In this document: positions 29,804 through 43,460 of the stretch, one piece after another | Numbering within the stretch: the stretch's first letter is position 1 | Layout of the letters: every line of letters starts with the position of its first letter | NCBI RefSeq assembly: GCF_009914755.1 | Contig: NC_060928.1 | From: the human T2T-CHM13v2.0 reference genome, Homo sapiens | Strand: one strand, 5' to 3' | DNA length: 64,000 nucleotides | Translations under genes and position numbers: made by a program | The notes under the pieces: generated by a model | The model's database searches: none | The model's input: only the letters and a program-made list of their open reading frames with translations | What the model was told of the DNA's origin: nothing

Positions 29804-32688
29804 CTGTAATAAAAGAAAAAAATAGAACTGCAGTTATTCCTAAAACAAAGAAATGGACCCAAAAAATATGGTTACATTTTCCACAGAGCAAGCAGTCTAG
29901 TAAATAAGCAAAGATTGATCAAATAATCATACAAAAAATTTCAAATCACAAATGTGACAAAAGGCACAGAGATGAGGGTGGCTTCCCTAAGGAATTAATG
30001 CATGAACTGAGATCTGAAGGAATGAGTACTCCCTTATAGTTAATTTGCCCCCCAAAAAAAGCAATAAAAAGTATTCTTGGCAAACAGAACAGCATGTGCA
30101 AAGGCCCTGTGACAGAGGACAGTATGGAAAGTACAAGATTCAGAAAAGAAGTTAGTGCGGCTGCAGCAGAGGGTAAGGCTGTGTCAGATAAGGTTAGAGA
30201 AAAAGGAAGCTAGGCAGTCTTTTAAGGAATTTTAAGGTGTTTCGTCTTCATCTTCAGAGCTAAACTCAGCCATTGATGGGTTTTAAACTGGTTGTAATTT
30301 GATTACACTTGCACGTGGTAAACATTACTCTATCTTTAGTAGAGAGAGCAGATTGGATGGGGAGGTGCATAAAGAAAGCTACTGAAATAGTCCTGTAGAA
30401 AGATGATGGTGGTTTGAGCTAATGTGGTGCTATTTAGAGCTGGAGAGATGTGGATTTATTGGGGGGCCATTTTGAAGATAAATGTGACATAGTTTGGCAA
30501 TAGATTCCACATGGGAAGGGAGAGTTGGGGAGTGTCACGGATGACTCCTCAGATCCTAGCAAGGACAGGAGGATGGACGATGGGGCTTGAACAAAGCACA
30601 CTGAAAGGTGGCCAAGTTTCTGGGCTAGAAATAGAACTATCAAGTCATTTGATTACTAAAGATAACTGAGGAAATGAGTATATATCACAGGTAGAGGAAA
30701 TCACTGAATGCTGCTTATTAGTGACTCTGGGTCACCCCCAAAATAAGTTTCTGGCCACTCCTGATCACTCCCAAAATGAACTTTTGGCACTCAAATCCTT
30801 GTCTTAGGAGGTGATTCTGGGAGAACTCACTTCTTCACTTCATATTAACCATAAAGAATAGCAGCAAAATATGGTTAGAACTCAACATTGCCACAGGATT
30901 GGTAAGTAGAAAAGTATTTATAGCCAAAGTAAGTACAGTCTCTGTGAAACTGAAGGGACAGAAAGCAGAATGCATTTATTCAACAACTATTGAATGAGCA
31001 AACACCTGCTGTGTGACAGGCGCTGCACTTGGGGGTGGGAGTACAGTGAAAAGGACAAAAGTAGGCTTTGCTGCACTCTAGGAGCTTATCATTTAGTGGA
31101 AAAACATTAATAAAATTTTAAATATTTAAAAGTTAAGTACTATTTGAAAAATAAAAGAGTTATAACGAATTGGACAGGATTGCTACAGACAGTATCTCCA
31201 AGAAAGTGACATTTCAGATGAGCCCTGAAGGAGTGAATGGAGTGGTCATTCAAAGAGCCCCTCCCATTTAAGAGAGAGACAGGTTAGGAAAGCCTAAAAC
31301 AGCTTTTTTATTAAGCACTGTAGTTTTTAAAATTTATAGTATGAATATAAAAGTAAGGATCGTCAGATATAACATACTGATCAGACAGAAAATAAACACC
31401 AAAAATGACAAATAAATAAACAAACTAAAAAACATCAAAATATTCTAAAAGACATACTGAGAAAAAGAGATAATTTAGAAGTCAGAAGAGAACTTTAAAA
31501 AATTCCACTAGAATTTTCATACAGAATCAAAGATACTGAATCTATGAAATAGGAGCTTGCATGCTGCTATTGAAAAGAAAAAAATACAGGAACAAGAAAG
31601 CACTCTTGAAAATTCAAAGCAAGATTGCAGATATAAAATAAATTAGTTTGCTGAACAATAAAACAGAATCCCAAGTTAAAAGACAGAGTCCAGAAAGACA
31701 ATGAGATAGAAATAAAAGAAATATTAAGACACATGAAAGATTGATCGAAGCTTATATAATCCATTAAAAGGTAATCCTGGAGGAAATAACTGGGATACCA
31801 GAACGAGTGGTGAAAATAATTGAAAACATACTGTGAGAAAATGTAATTTAAGAAGACTGCCTCAGGGCTGAAGAAAAATATGAATCCCTGGATTAAAAAG
31901 GTTCTCCAAAAACAAAACAAGTTTGATGAAAAAAGAGAAAGCCACAGCTAGATATATCCTGATAAAATTTCAGTACTCCAAAGATAAAGAGAAAATCTAA
32001 CGTCTGGCAAAAAAGAAAGACATTTTAGCCACAAAAGAATCAAAATGAAAGAGGCATTAAAGTGAATAAGAACATGAGCTCTGAAACCAGGATGCCTGGG
32101 TTGAATTCCTAATTCTACAACTAACTAGTTGTGTGGCCTGAGGCAAATTGCTTACCATCTCTGTTTCTGTTTCCTGTCTGCGAATTTGGAATACTATTAT
32201 TATCCTAGGGTTGTCAAGATAAAATGTGTTAATATATAAACTGCTTAAAAAGCACCTGGACGTAATGAAAACTGATTAAAGTCAGCTCTTTTAACATTAT
32301 GGCCAACACTGAATGCTCTGACATATGACCAATGTCTTTCATCTTCTTTAATGCTCTGAAAAGTCTACTGTAATCAAGTTTTAATTATATAGAATGCATT
32401 TCCTATTTGGATCTGATCACAAAACTTGACTCCATAATGAATACTATGTATACAGTTATGTTGTGTTTGTTTTTCAATTTTTAGACTCAATGTATAGATA
32501 AATAACAATGAACTTAATTTATTCAGAGAACCAAAATGTAAATGCTTTGAACATTGACAATATATTAAAATAGCTAACCAATTTGAGAAGTACAAAGAGG
32601 GAAAAATGTTAGGAAAAGAGTAGGAATGCTATTATTATCATTTATAAAAAAAAAAAATAGGGAGCCCAGAAATAGCATTCAAAGATAA

Positions 32689-33120
32689 TGTTATATACTA
32701 AATGTTTATGTCCCCCCAAAATTCATATTTTAAAGCCCTAAACCCCAGTGTGATGGTAATTGGAGATGGGGGCTTCAGGAGGTAATTAGGATTAGAGGAG
32801 GCTATAAGGATAGGGTCCTTATCGGATAGGACTGGTGTCTTCTTAAGAAGAAACATCAGAGAGCTCATACTCTCTCCCTTCTCCCTTCTCCCCTCCACCC
32901 CGCCCCTCCCCCTTTGCTCCTGCTTGCTCACTCTCTCTCTCAGAACACAGCAACAAGGTAGTCATGTACAAGCCAGGAAGAGAGCCCTCACCTCACCAGA
33001 AACTGAATCAGCCAGAATCTTGATCTTGTACTTCACAGCCTCCAGAATAGTGAGAAATAAATTTCTGTTGTTTAAGCCACCACTCTATAATATTTTGTTA
33101 TGGCAGCTTTAGCAAACTAA
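32689..33120 (+). mobile_element. MaLR LTR (MST/MLT1A-like)
   Basis: tgtt...gtccccccaaaattcata start; aataaatttctgttgtttaagccacc...agcaaactaa end. Confidence 0.75.
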
Positions 33121-34132
33121 GAGAGAAGATAAATCAAAAAATAAAGATTTAAGAAATAAAAGTTTTTAAAAAGAACATGTTTTGCAATGAAAAAACAAAC
33201 AAACACTTATCCCCTATTGTCAATACAAAGTGTAACTCTGATTAAGTAAATAGTATGAGAAGTTTGTCTTTACAGAAGTAACCCAGTTCAAAAAAATAAA
33301 AGAAGAAATGAGGAATTTATATTTTCCTCATTTTGAAACATCTAATAAATTAATGGATCTAGATATTGAACATCAATGAATACTAATACCATAAAAATGG
33401 AGATAGCAAGACATTCTCTGTCTCTGAATGGAATATGATGCCATCTATGTGAACTCTTAACAAAAATATAAAAAATTAAAAAGAACTGATTATGCCTCTA
33501 ATTTTAAGAACTAACAGAGAATAGCGAGAGGAGACAAAGAGTCAGAGATGAAGAAAGAGAGAGAGAAAGAGGGAATCCTATAGATTAAAAAGCAAGACAT
33601 TTATACACCAACTGTAATGTGAAGACTTTCTTTTGGATTCTGATGGAAGTTAAAAAAATTGAAAAAAAAATCATATGCATCGGATCAGAGGTATCAACTA
33701 TCCACTAAAATTCATGCTCCTCCTTCCACATTTAAGAATTATCACTGAGAAGCAGTGATCTGGCCAATGACTACATTTTCCCCATTCTTTTGCATCTGGA
33801 GATAGCCATGAAATTAGTCTTACCAATGGAACGTGAGTGGAAGTGATAGCCAGACTTTCGAGAAGTAGGTATACCTTCTCTATTCTTCTCTTTTAAAAAG
33901 TTAGGTGCAAAGAACATTAAGACTCCAGGGAACAGTGGAACCACTATATGAAAGAAACTGGGTCCCTGAATCACTATTGGGCCGACTGGCCAGGAAAATC
34001 TGCTTTGAACTCTTAGAAGGACAATATATATAAATTTCTATTGTGTAATGCCACTGAAATTTGTAAGTTGTAATTGCTACCGAAGTTAGCATTCCCTTAC
34101 TGCTACAGAAATTGGTACAAAAGTGAAATCTT

Positions 34133-34426
34133 GGCTGGGCGCGGTGGCTCACGTCTGTAATCCCAGCACTTTGGGAGGCCAAGGCGGACGGATCACAAGG
34201 TCAGGAGATCGAGACCATCCTGGCTAACATGGTGAAACCCTGTCTCTACTAAAAATACAAAAAATTAGCCGGGCGTGGTGGCAGGCGCCTGTAGTCCCGG
34301 CTACTCAGGAGGCTGAGGCAGGAGAATGGCATAAACCTGGGAGGCGGAGCTTGCAGTGAGCCGAGATCACGCCACTGCACTCCAGCCTGGGCGACAGAGC
34401 AAGACTCTGTCTAAAAAAAAAAAAAA
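34133..34426 (+). mobile_element. AluY
   Basis: Y diagnostics (gagatcgagaccatcctggctaac, ggagcttgcagtgag); TSD aaaagtgaaatc. Confidence 0.92.
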
Positions 34427-34944
34427 GTGAAATCCTTCCTATCATTGCATAATGGCATAGTGCTATCGTTCTTTTAATCTAAAAATCCATGAATTGCAAG
34501 ATACACCATCATTTTATGTACCACTAATTTTCTTAATACTAACAATTAAACCATAACATACCACAGGTTTGTAATTTTCATCCTCATCTTAGATGTAAAA
34601 AGAGAAGACGCAGATTATAAAACCAATCAAACATGGTATGTATCTCCACCCTAATGGACAGATAATAGGCAGTGAGAAACTAGGCTTCTTGGGCTTAAAA
34701 GTTGGAAACCCAGGTGATGCAAAGCAAAATATCTGGTAAAAATCATCCCCTTCAAAACTAGGAAGCCAACCACATGCCAACAAGCCTGATGCTCACAGAA
34801 AAGTGATTGGAAAAGGTTGATGGTCAATGTCTATAGTGTTTTAGTTGCTGTTTTTGAGGAGCTATGACCAAGGAAGAATGGGAAAGAGAAATGTCTTAAG
34901 AAGGAACTGGGTGGTATGAAAGCAGAGCTGGAAAGAAGAGAATT

Positions 34945-35072
34945 GGCTGGACACAGCGCCTCATACCTATAATCCCAGCCCTTTGGGAAGCTGATGTGGG
35001 AGGACTGCTCAAGGCCAAGAGTTGGAGACCAACCTGGGCAACAAAATGAGACCACATCCCTATTTTAAAAAG
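34945..35072 (+). mobile_element. Alu monomer (FLAM-like)
   Basis: Single diverged left arm. Confidence 0.75.
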
Positions 35073-36081
35073 GAAGGGAAGCGAAGGGGAGGGGAGGGGA
35101 GGGGAAAAGAGGAGAAGAAGGAAGGGAGCCAAGAAATTTGGGTCGCACAGGTGACAGCTTCTGTACTGCAAATAAAAAGTGATAGGACAAAAAAAAAAAG
35201 AAAAAAAACACCTTGCTCAACAAAGACTCATAAAGAATTCTCAGTTAAACAGAAGGACTTAGCCTTGCTGCAAGTATTAGGTGGAGGTGTTACCTTCCCA
35301 GGCCAGACTATCATTTCAAATGAACTTAAGACAGATTATGCTAATTTGAGAGGGAATTAGGATGAAAATAGAAACTCTCTGGGTGTAATTAACGGCATAG
35401 GGAACTAACTAGAGCATAAGAAGCTGGATACATTTCTTAGAGAATTGTATTTCCAAATAAACTATGAGCTGCCTTAAAAATGGTTACATCAGTAAAACAA
35501 GCAGCAGGTTATAAAAAAGGGTGATATCAGTAAATCAACCAGCAGGTCTCCATACTTACAAAGCAGAAAATGAGCCTGCAGCAGGGAAAACCACAGAGAT
35601 TTCCACCCACGTCAACATAGCCGTGGATGATAATTAACATGGGTATTTTATTAAAAGCCATAAAGCTAATCCTGAGAAGAATTTTTAAAAATATATAATT
35701 CATATTAGAAGTATTTCTTTCACAGGGAGTCGTCGGAGTCTGTCTAAAGTAGATAAAACAAAAGACTGATTTGTAAGCATATAATTTATAAGCAACCAAG
35801 AAAGAAATGTATATCTTTGGAGTGGTAACGCCTCAGGAGAACTAAAACTGTGAGACTAAGTATGAAGGGGAAAGTAGTAGAGAAGGGCATTTAATTTTTG
35901 TTTTATGTCTTTCTCTTCTGCTTCAAATAAAACTGATCAATTATGACCCAGCATACCATGGGGTATCATACAGCAATTACTAAGTAAGACTGACAGGTAC
36001 CAATAAATCATGAACCAAGAAAAGCATACCAGTATGACAGCCAAAATATCTTTTAAAGTGTATGGATCTAGAGATAGACAG

Positions 36082-36153
36082 ATGATGGATCGATGGATGG
36101 ACGGATGGTTGGATGGCTGGATGATGGATGGATGGATGGATGGATGGATGGAT
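36082..36153. repeat. (GGAT)n simple repeat
   Basis: Direct reading. Confidence 0.9.
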
Positions 36154-36674
36154 GGAGAGATAGGAGCTATAGACAAAAACTTGTCTCTTTGTAGAGTATC
36201 AGGAAGGATTCACACTAAACTATCCCCAATATCTTTGGGATAGAAGGCGAAGAGCCTTGGAAGCATAACTCACCCTCATTTATTTTAGTACCCTCAACTC
36301 TCAGCACCTGAGTTCCACCAAACTTCAAACTGCAAATCTTAGATTGAATGGTATGTTACTGTTTTCAGGAGAACACTCGAAATCATGAAGGTCTGTATGT
36401 CGTTGATGTTATGGTTTGGACTTCTTATTGTGTCTTTAAAGGACTTGCTTCTGTTTGGTTCTGACCGCTTTTTCTAGCAGTCATTAGGAGCTTTCATAAT
36501 CCTTAAGGCCCCATCACGGATGATGTCAGCTTCTTTGATTATGGAAAACCTTGAGAAGTTTATTATAAATTTATCAATGTAACTTTGTAAACAAAAGAGA
36601 AGCGGGAAAAAAGAACAAAGTACCTTTCCAGAGAAATAGTAAAACCTTATTTCCGCTATTAAGAGCTTAAATCC

Positions 36675-36989
<315 letters not shown>

Positions 36990-37377
36990 GCTTAAATACA
37001 AGACGGAAAAAAGGGAAGCGGCTTGCTGCCTGTCAATGTCCAGGTTCGAATGGCTGTGCTCAGATGTGGTGACCCTTACTTTCTCCTCAGCACCCCAGAT
37101 CCCCAGGCCCCCTCGGGTGCAGAGGACCCGTTAAATGCCTGAGCACTCTCCTCTCTCACGGTGGTTGTCCCTCTTCCCTACCTCTCCGCGAAGCTGCCGC
37201 CCGAGCCCAGTGGGCGCCCCAGCTTCCCTCGCCCGGCGCGCACGAAGCCACCAGGCCACCTCCCCGCCCGGTCCATCTGGATGTTGAAGGAATCCTAGAA
37301 CCCCCGCGGGACAGCTCCGCTCCAGGGTCCCTAGCGACACCCGACGTCACCCGCAATCCTCACCCCGGCCGCCGAAC

Positions 37378-37490
37378 CTGCTAGGTCCAAAGAGCTTCGG
37401 AGCTGCACGCCCCGCGGGGAGGAGGTGGAGCAGAGGAGACCGAGCGCAGAGCCTGGCGTCGGACTGGGCGCTCTGAGCCACACAGCAGCC
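37378..37490 (-). other. DDX60L: DDX60L exon 1 (non-coding); TSS approximate
   Basis: Downstream of the ISRE and a TATA-like GATAAAAA (37508-37501). Donor CAG|gttcgg at 37378; alternative donors at 37364 (GGG|gtgagg) and ~37080 (AAA|gtaagg). Confidence 0.65.
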
Positions 37491-37517
37491 AGCGCCTGAG
37501 TTTTTATCTAGGGAGTT

Positions 37518-37560
37518 AGTTTCGGTTTCTTTTCTCCACCGCGAGGCCTTTTCGATTTCC
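37518..37560. promoter_or_regulatory. ISRE (AGTTTCGGTTTCT, 37518-37530) plus second IRF-type site (TTTCGATTTCC, 37550-37560)
   Basis: Exact match to the ISRE consensus AGTTTCNNTTTCY, immediately upstream of exon 1. Confidence 0.88.
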
Positions 37561-38128
37561 GCAGTTTTCTGGAGGTAGAATATAGGTCTGCATTGGTTTA
37601 CTCTGAGAATCTTAGGGAAGTAATAGTAGAAGCGATGATATGCTATCTGGGACATGCATGTAATTGTAAAGGGAAAGAAAGCAGAGAAATCTGGGACTCT
37701 AAACAAGGAATTGAGGCTGAGAGTAAATGCAGCACGCTAAGCACTATGAAAGTCTGCGGTGAGGTGTGGCGTTTTTCTTTTCTGGCAAGGTACTGGACAG
37801 GCAAAAATGGAGTAAAAAAGGATTAGGGGCTTTGAGTTTCTGTCCTAAGAAGTTCATTTTATGAAAAATTTCCAATAGTATAACTGTCCAGTGTGAACAT
37901 TTGAAAGACCAATCATCTATCACAGAGAATTTAAATTGAGAAGAAGAATGCTCTTTAGTTTTGTCATCAAGCTCATTAATGTTTGAAATTCGAGTTTCAA
38001 CCCCAGCCCATCATGGTCTTTAGTGCTCCAGACGCTTAATTCCATGACGTTATGCATGTGCAGAATATATTGAGATTCAAGGTGGTGGTGAGGGTGCCCC
38101 AGTAACGGCATGGGGTAATAAATGGAGA

Positions 38129-38146
38129 GAAATCGAAACCGGAAGT
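38129..38146 (+). promoter_or_regulatory. IRF element overlapping an ETS site (GAAATCGAAAC/CCGGAAGT)
   Basis: GAAANNGAAA directly followed by consensus CCGGAAGT. Motif match only. Confidence 0.6.
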
Positions 38147-39572
38147 TCTGTCTTCAAGAAAAGGAAAGGGTGGAAGTGACTTGTTCACAATAGAAAGAGC
38201 CCAGAAGAACAAAGTTTTTTCTCAGACTCTGGAATATAAAGTGGCTTCGAAAAGGAGGTGAAAACATTGCTCACTTCTGTCAGGATTTTTCTTTAATTTT
38301 ATGTTTGGTTGAAAATAGTTATGATTCTCTTTCTCAATGAGGATGACATTGAGAAAGAACCTGAAATGACTCATGATTAAGTCATGAGTTCATCTCAGAT
38401 GAATTCCTCTCTAGCATCTGATACTGGACCTTTGTATCATAAGAATGCATTTGCTAGCAGCAGAAAATTGGGCTTTGCTGTAAAAGCATTCATTGAGCTT
38501 TTTATGTGCCAGGCAATAGGCTAAGCCCTTAACATGTATTATCACATTAAATCTCACAGAAATCCCATGAGCAACTTTACTGTTGCTATTTTATGGATGA
38601 GGTAAATAAGGCTTAGAGAATTCAATTACTTGTCGATGACCCTACAGGTAGTTAATGGTAGCCAAGACTTCAAAATTTAATTCCAAAGATAATATCTACA
38701 ATATTCTCTGTATATATTATCTCATTCCAGTTCTTTTAAATACTACAGTGTCATTATTCCTCCCCCAAAGCACATACAATTTAATGGGGATTTCCTCTTT
38801 TGGTTGTAGAAGTGGGCCCTACATGTTCTTAATATAATTGACTGTCTGCTGTTGTTTTTCTCTCTTAAAGATATAGATGTATCAGGTGGGGATTCCCTAG
38901 ATGTTAACTCCACACATCCCACTTCCCACCGCAAAGTATATGTACAATGCACATAAGCAGACTCTACTCCAAATCAATATCCAGTTCTCTTCCACTTTAA
39001 TAATATGTTACCATAACTCCAGCCTGGACATTATCCAGAAACTTGAAAATCATAAACTCCATTTCCACTTTTTAGAGACTTCCCCCTTGCCTCAATCTCT
39101 CAGTCTCCTTAGGAGCCCCACTCTTTCACCTCCCCAGGATCAACTCTGTGAACAGGCACTGAACCTTCCTCTCACTAACATTCTCAACTGCTTCATCCAC
39201 TCTCTTTCCTCTGCACCTTCACTGCAACTTGATCACCTCAATCTAGTAAACCATTTTTTGCCCTTACCAGGACATTGAAGGAAATTGTCTAATATTTTTC
39301 ACCTCAGATTTACTGTTTATGACTATAGGTTCCTGATCTTTTTTACAGTGGCCCTTAAAACCCTACAGCATCTTGCTGTTCTCTTCAAGTCCACTAAGAA
39401 TATATCTGTTTTAAAGAGACTCCTTTTAACTGTCTGACACCTCCATCTAGTCCAAGAAGCCCATGACATGCTCCACATACAATATAACCACTCCCTTTTG
39501 AGTTGGTTACCTCCAGCTTCCTCAGGAATCTCACTCCATTCCTATATTGTTAACCTCTCTCTATTTACAGCT

Positions 39573-40959
39573 GTGGTAGACTGAATAATGGTCTCCCAAA
39601 GACATCTATGTCCTAATCCTTGTACCTATAAATATGTCATCTTCTGTTGCAAAAAGAACTTTGCAGATATTCCTAAGAATCTTGAGATGGGGAAATTACC
39701 CTGGATTATCTGGGGACCTGATATAATCAGAAGGGTCCTTATAAGAGGGAAGGACTATTATCAAAAAGGAACCAGGACAAGGATAATGTGGGAAATTATC
39801 AGGATTTCAAGACTGCAAAGGATGGTAAAAGTAAGAGACTCACTGCTGGGAAAACGTACTCTGGAGAAAAAGTCATGAGTACAGCTGGACAACCTTTTGC
39901 TAGTGCTTCAAAAAGATCTCTGTGACATACACAGGAAATCCAAAAGATTTCTGAGAATATCAGCAGAAACACTGCCAGCTTGAACTGAAAGGTACAGAGA
40001 GAGAATAAAATGAAAGACGGTTATAGGACTCCCAAAATTCCATAAGCAATAAACAGTCTGATAAAACTATTCAGCCCCAAACTTGTGCTATCTTTCATGA
40101 AGGATGACTCTGAGGGCAGAGCCTAGAGACACAAATGGTTATTCACAGGCCTTAAAACCTATGGAGTTAGCCTTGCAGATTTTTGAAATTTCTTGGCTTT
40201 TTCTCCTTCCATTTTCTCCCTTTGTGAACAGGAATATCTGTAACTGGTACCCTATTCCTGTTCCACCATTGTATTTTTGGAGCAAATAACTTGTTTTCTA
40301 GTCTTAAAGCTTCACATATGGAGAGAAATTTTGCCTCAGGATGGTTCACACCCAAAGTCTCAACTATACCTGATTTAATCATTTAGGTCTTTTCAGCAGA
40401 TGAGATTTAGATGGGATTTTTGGACTTAAGTTGATACTACAATAGATTAGGACTTTGGGGGGACCTTGGAATGGCTCATTTTGCATATGGAATTGATGAG
40501 AATGTTTGGGGCAGAGAGTGCAATGACAAATAAATGGCTCCCAAAGCTGTGCATGCCCTAATCCCCAGAATGTGTGCATGTTACCTTACAGGGCAAAATG
40601 AACTTTGCATGTGATTAATTTAAAGATCTTGAGATGGAGGATTATCCTAGATTTTCCAGAGTAGGCCCGATGTAATCTCAAGGGTCCTTGTAAGAGAGAA
40701 ATGGGAGATCAGAGGAGAGAGAAGATGCTGTGCTGCTGGCTTATACATGGAGAAAGGGACCACAAGCTAAGTAATACATGTGCCCTGTAGAAGCTGGAAA
40801 AGGTAAGGAAACAGACTCCCCGTTAGACCCCCTAGAAATAATGTAGCCCTACCAATACCTTGATTTTTAGGCTTCGGACCTCCAGAATTGTAACAAATGT
40901 GTGTTTTAAGTCACCAAGTTTGTGGTAACTTGCTATAGCAACAATAGGAATCTAATGCA
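39573..40959 (+). mobile_element. MLT1 (MaLR) proviral remnant: partial 5' LTR, internal segment, 3' LTR (~40519-40959)
   Basis: Two homologous LTR starts (gaactttgca...gatcttgagatgg...attat) at ~39.6 kb and ~40.55 kb. Purine tract before the second; MLT1-type end gcaacaataggaatctaatgca. Confidence 0.7.
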
Positions 40960-41046
40960 ACTGGCATTTACTATTCATTCCATTAAAATGATAAAGTCAC
41001 TTTCCCCTCCAAAACAATTACAAGAATGAGCCCTGCCCTATTTCAC

Positions 41047-41352
41047 TTTTTTTTTTTTTTTTTTTTTTTTTTTTGACGGAGTCTTGCTGTCGCCTAGGCT
41101 GGAGTACAGTAGCATGATCTCGGCTCACTGCAGCCTCTGCCCCCCGGGTTCCAGCGATTCTCCTGCCTCAGCCACCTGGTTAGCTGAGATTACAAGTGCA
41201 TGCCACCATGCCTGGCTAATTTTTGTATTTTTAGTAGAGATGGGGTTTCACCATGTTGGCCAGGCTGGTTTCGAACTCCTGACCTCAGGTGATCTGCCCG
41301 CCTCAACCTCCCAAAGTGCTGGGATTACAGGTGTGAACTACCACACCAGGGC
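41047..41352 (-). mobile_element. AluS
   Basis: Poly(T) followed by a reverse Alu dimer. Confidence 0.9.
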
Positions 41353-41586
41353 CTCATCTCCTCCTTTTGATCATGGCACTTCATAAGGGTATACAGTCAT
41401 CATCTCCACTTCTCCTTCAAAGTCCTAAAGTTTATTGGTCTAGTCTATCTTTAGACCAGAATCTGCCCTGAAGCTCCTCTGCCAAACTCATTCATGATGA
41501 CCTATTAATTGCCAAATTCAAACAGTGCTATGTAGTCCACGATTTATTGACCTATTGGTGATATTCAAGATTTTATACCAGCCTCT

Positions 41587-41682
41587 CCTTTCTTTTTCTT
41601 TTCTTTTCTTTTTTTTTTTCCTTGAATCAGGGTCTTGATCTGTCTCCCAGGCTGGAGTGCAATGGCATGATCTTGGCTCACC
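41587..41682 (-). mobile_element. Short Alu 3' fragment
   Basis: T-tract then cccaggctggagtgcaatggcatgatcttggctcac. Confidence 0.8.
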
Positions 41683-43177
41683 ACAGTTGATACATCTGAA
41701 TTCCATATTCTCTTTTATGTCATTCCTTCCACTCACTAGAATGAGCCTCATGTGTTGTCATCTGGTTTATTGCAAAAGCCTATTCATTTCCTGACTCCAG
41801 CCTGTTCTCTCCATTCTGTTTTCCACTCTCCTGCCAGGGTAATTTCTCTAGCATGTAAACCTGATCATGTTACTCCCTGTCTTAAAATCCATTAGCATTT
41901 CCTCATTGCTTTCAGATTAATCTGCCTATTGGTATTTCATCTTTTTTTAGAGCTCCCAAACACTATACCTTAATGGTGACAAGTAAGTGTTTTGATTCAG
42001 AGGATCTCTCTAATAACAGTTCCATCACGTATTAGCTTCAGTGTATTGGGTAAGTTAACCTCTGTCTTTCATCTCTAAAACGGGAGTTAAAAACAATCCA
42101 CAGAGTTGTTAAAGGATTAAGTGAATTCAATGTTGTAAAGAGATCAGACACAAAGCAATAGGATGCAGGTATCATTATTATTATTCTCTTCAGGAAATAC
42201 TGAGAACCATGAATGTAGCACTAGGTAGCTTGTCCTTCCTTGAGTTATGAGACAGATAACAGGGTCTTACTCTGTCTTAAAAAGTCTTAAAGCCTTGTGT
42301 TGAGTGGCAACAGTAATATCAATCCATATGCATTCAAACATCGTAATTTCTGGACATTCCTTTCTAGGGATTCACTAAACATGTATGTATGGTGACCTAC
42401 TACGCCAGACACTTTTTATACACTGATACAAAATATTAAAAACTCCTTCCTTCAGAGTTTACATTCTAGTAAAGAATATAAACAATAACAAGAGAAGTAA
42501 AAAGTCCATTGTGTTAGATAAAAATAAGCTATAAGAGAAAAAATACATAGAGAAGAGGAGATATCAAATCCTGATGGGAAAAGAAGATGAAATTTTAGAT
42601 AGGATAGACAGGGAAAGTCCCACTAAGAAGGTGACTTGACTAAAGATTGGAAGGAAGTTAGGCCATTCTTTTTTCTTGGAGAGACCAAGCCTGGCTGAGG
42701 GACAGGGAAATCCCTGAGATAGAGTGAGCCATGTGGGTTCAAGGAGCATTAGAGAGGCCTGTGTGACTGAAGCTGAAGGACTAGGCAAGAGTGGGAGAAT
42801 GTCACAAAGATAAGGTGAGGAGGCAGATCATGCCTGATCCCAGAGAACAAAAGAGACTGTGACTTTTACTTTGAATGTGATAAGAAGGCATGTCATGGCA
42901 AATACATTGAGATTTTATCTTATTTATAATTTACTTTTATTAAAAATTTGAACAATTCATGTATACATGTTCCTTTTGTTTTGGATATATGTTAAAGAAA
43001 AAATCAAGAAATGAAATTTAATATAAAAATAGTATAACAAATTGTATTCCTTACGTGTTTGACAATCTAACACTGGATTTTTTTCTTTTTTGGTTTGTTT
43101 TTTCTCTAATACTGATCATTGTTCTAGTGGCTTTTTTGACAGTTTTTGAGACAAAATTAAGTCAAGATAATGTAATA

Positions 43178-43460
43178 TGTAGCTGTCCCTAGTTATCCAT
43201 GGGGAACTAGTTCCAGGACCCTCTTGGATACTAAAATCCATGGATACTCAAGTCCCTTATGAAATGGCATATTTGCGTATAAATTTTAAATCATCTCTAG
43301 ATTACTTATAATACTTAAGACAATGTAAATACTATGTAAACAGTTATACTGTATTGTTTAGAGAATGACAAGAAAAAAGTATACATGTTCAATATTTCTG
43401 AATATCTTTGATCCATGGTTAGTTGAATCCACAGATGTAGAAGCCACAGAAGGCTGACTA
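43178..43460 (+). mobile_element. MER2 (Tigger-family) DNA transposon
   Basis: ttccaggaccc...aaaatccatggatactcaagtccct...ggctgacta. Homologous to the copy at 45.3 kb. Confidence 0.75.

Larger units (their letters stand above)
37100..37562. promoter_or_regulatory. CpG-rich promoter region of DDX60L
   Basis: Dense CpG and GC-box-like ccccgccc (37262, 37410) against an AT-rich background. Confidence 0.85.
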
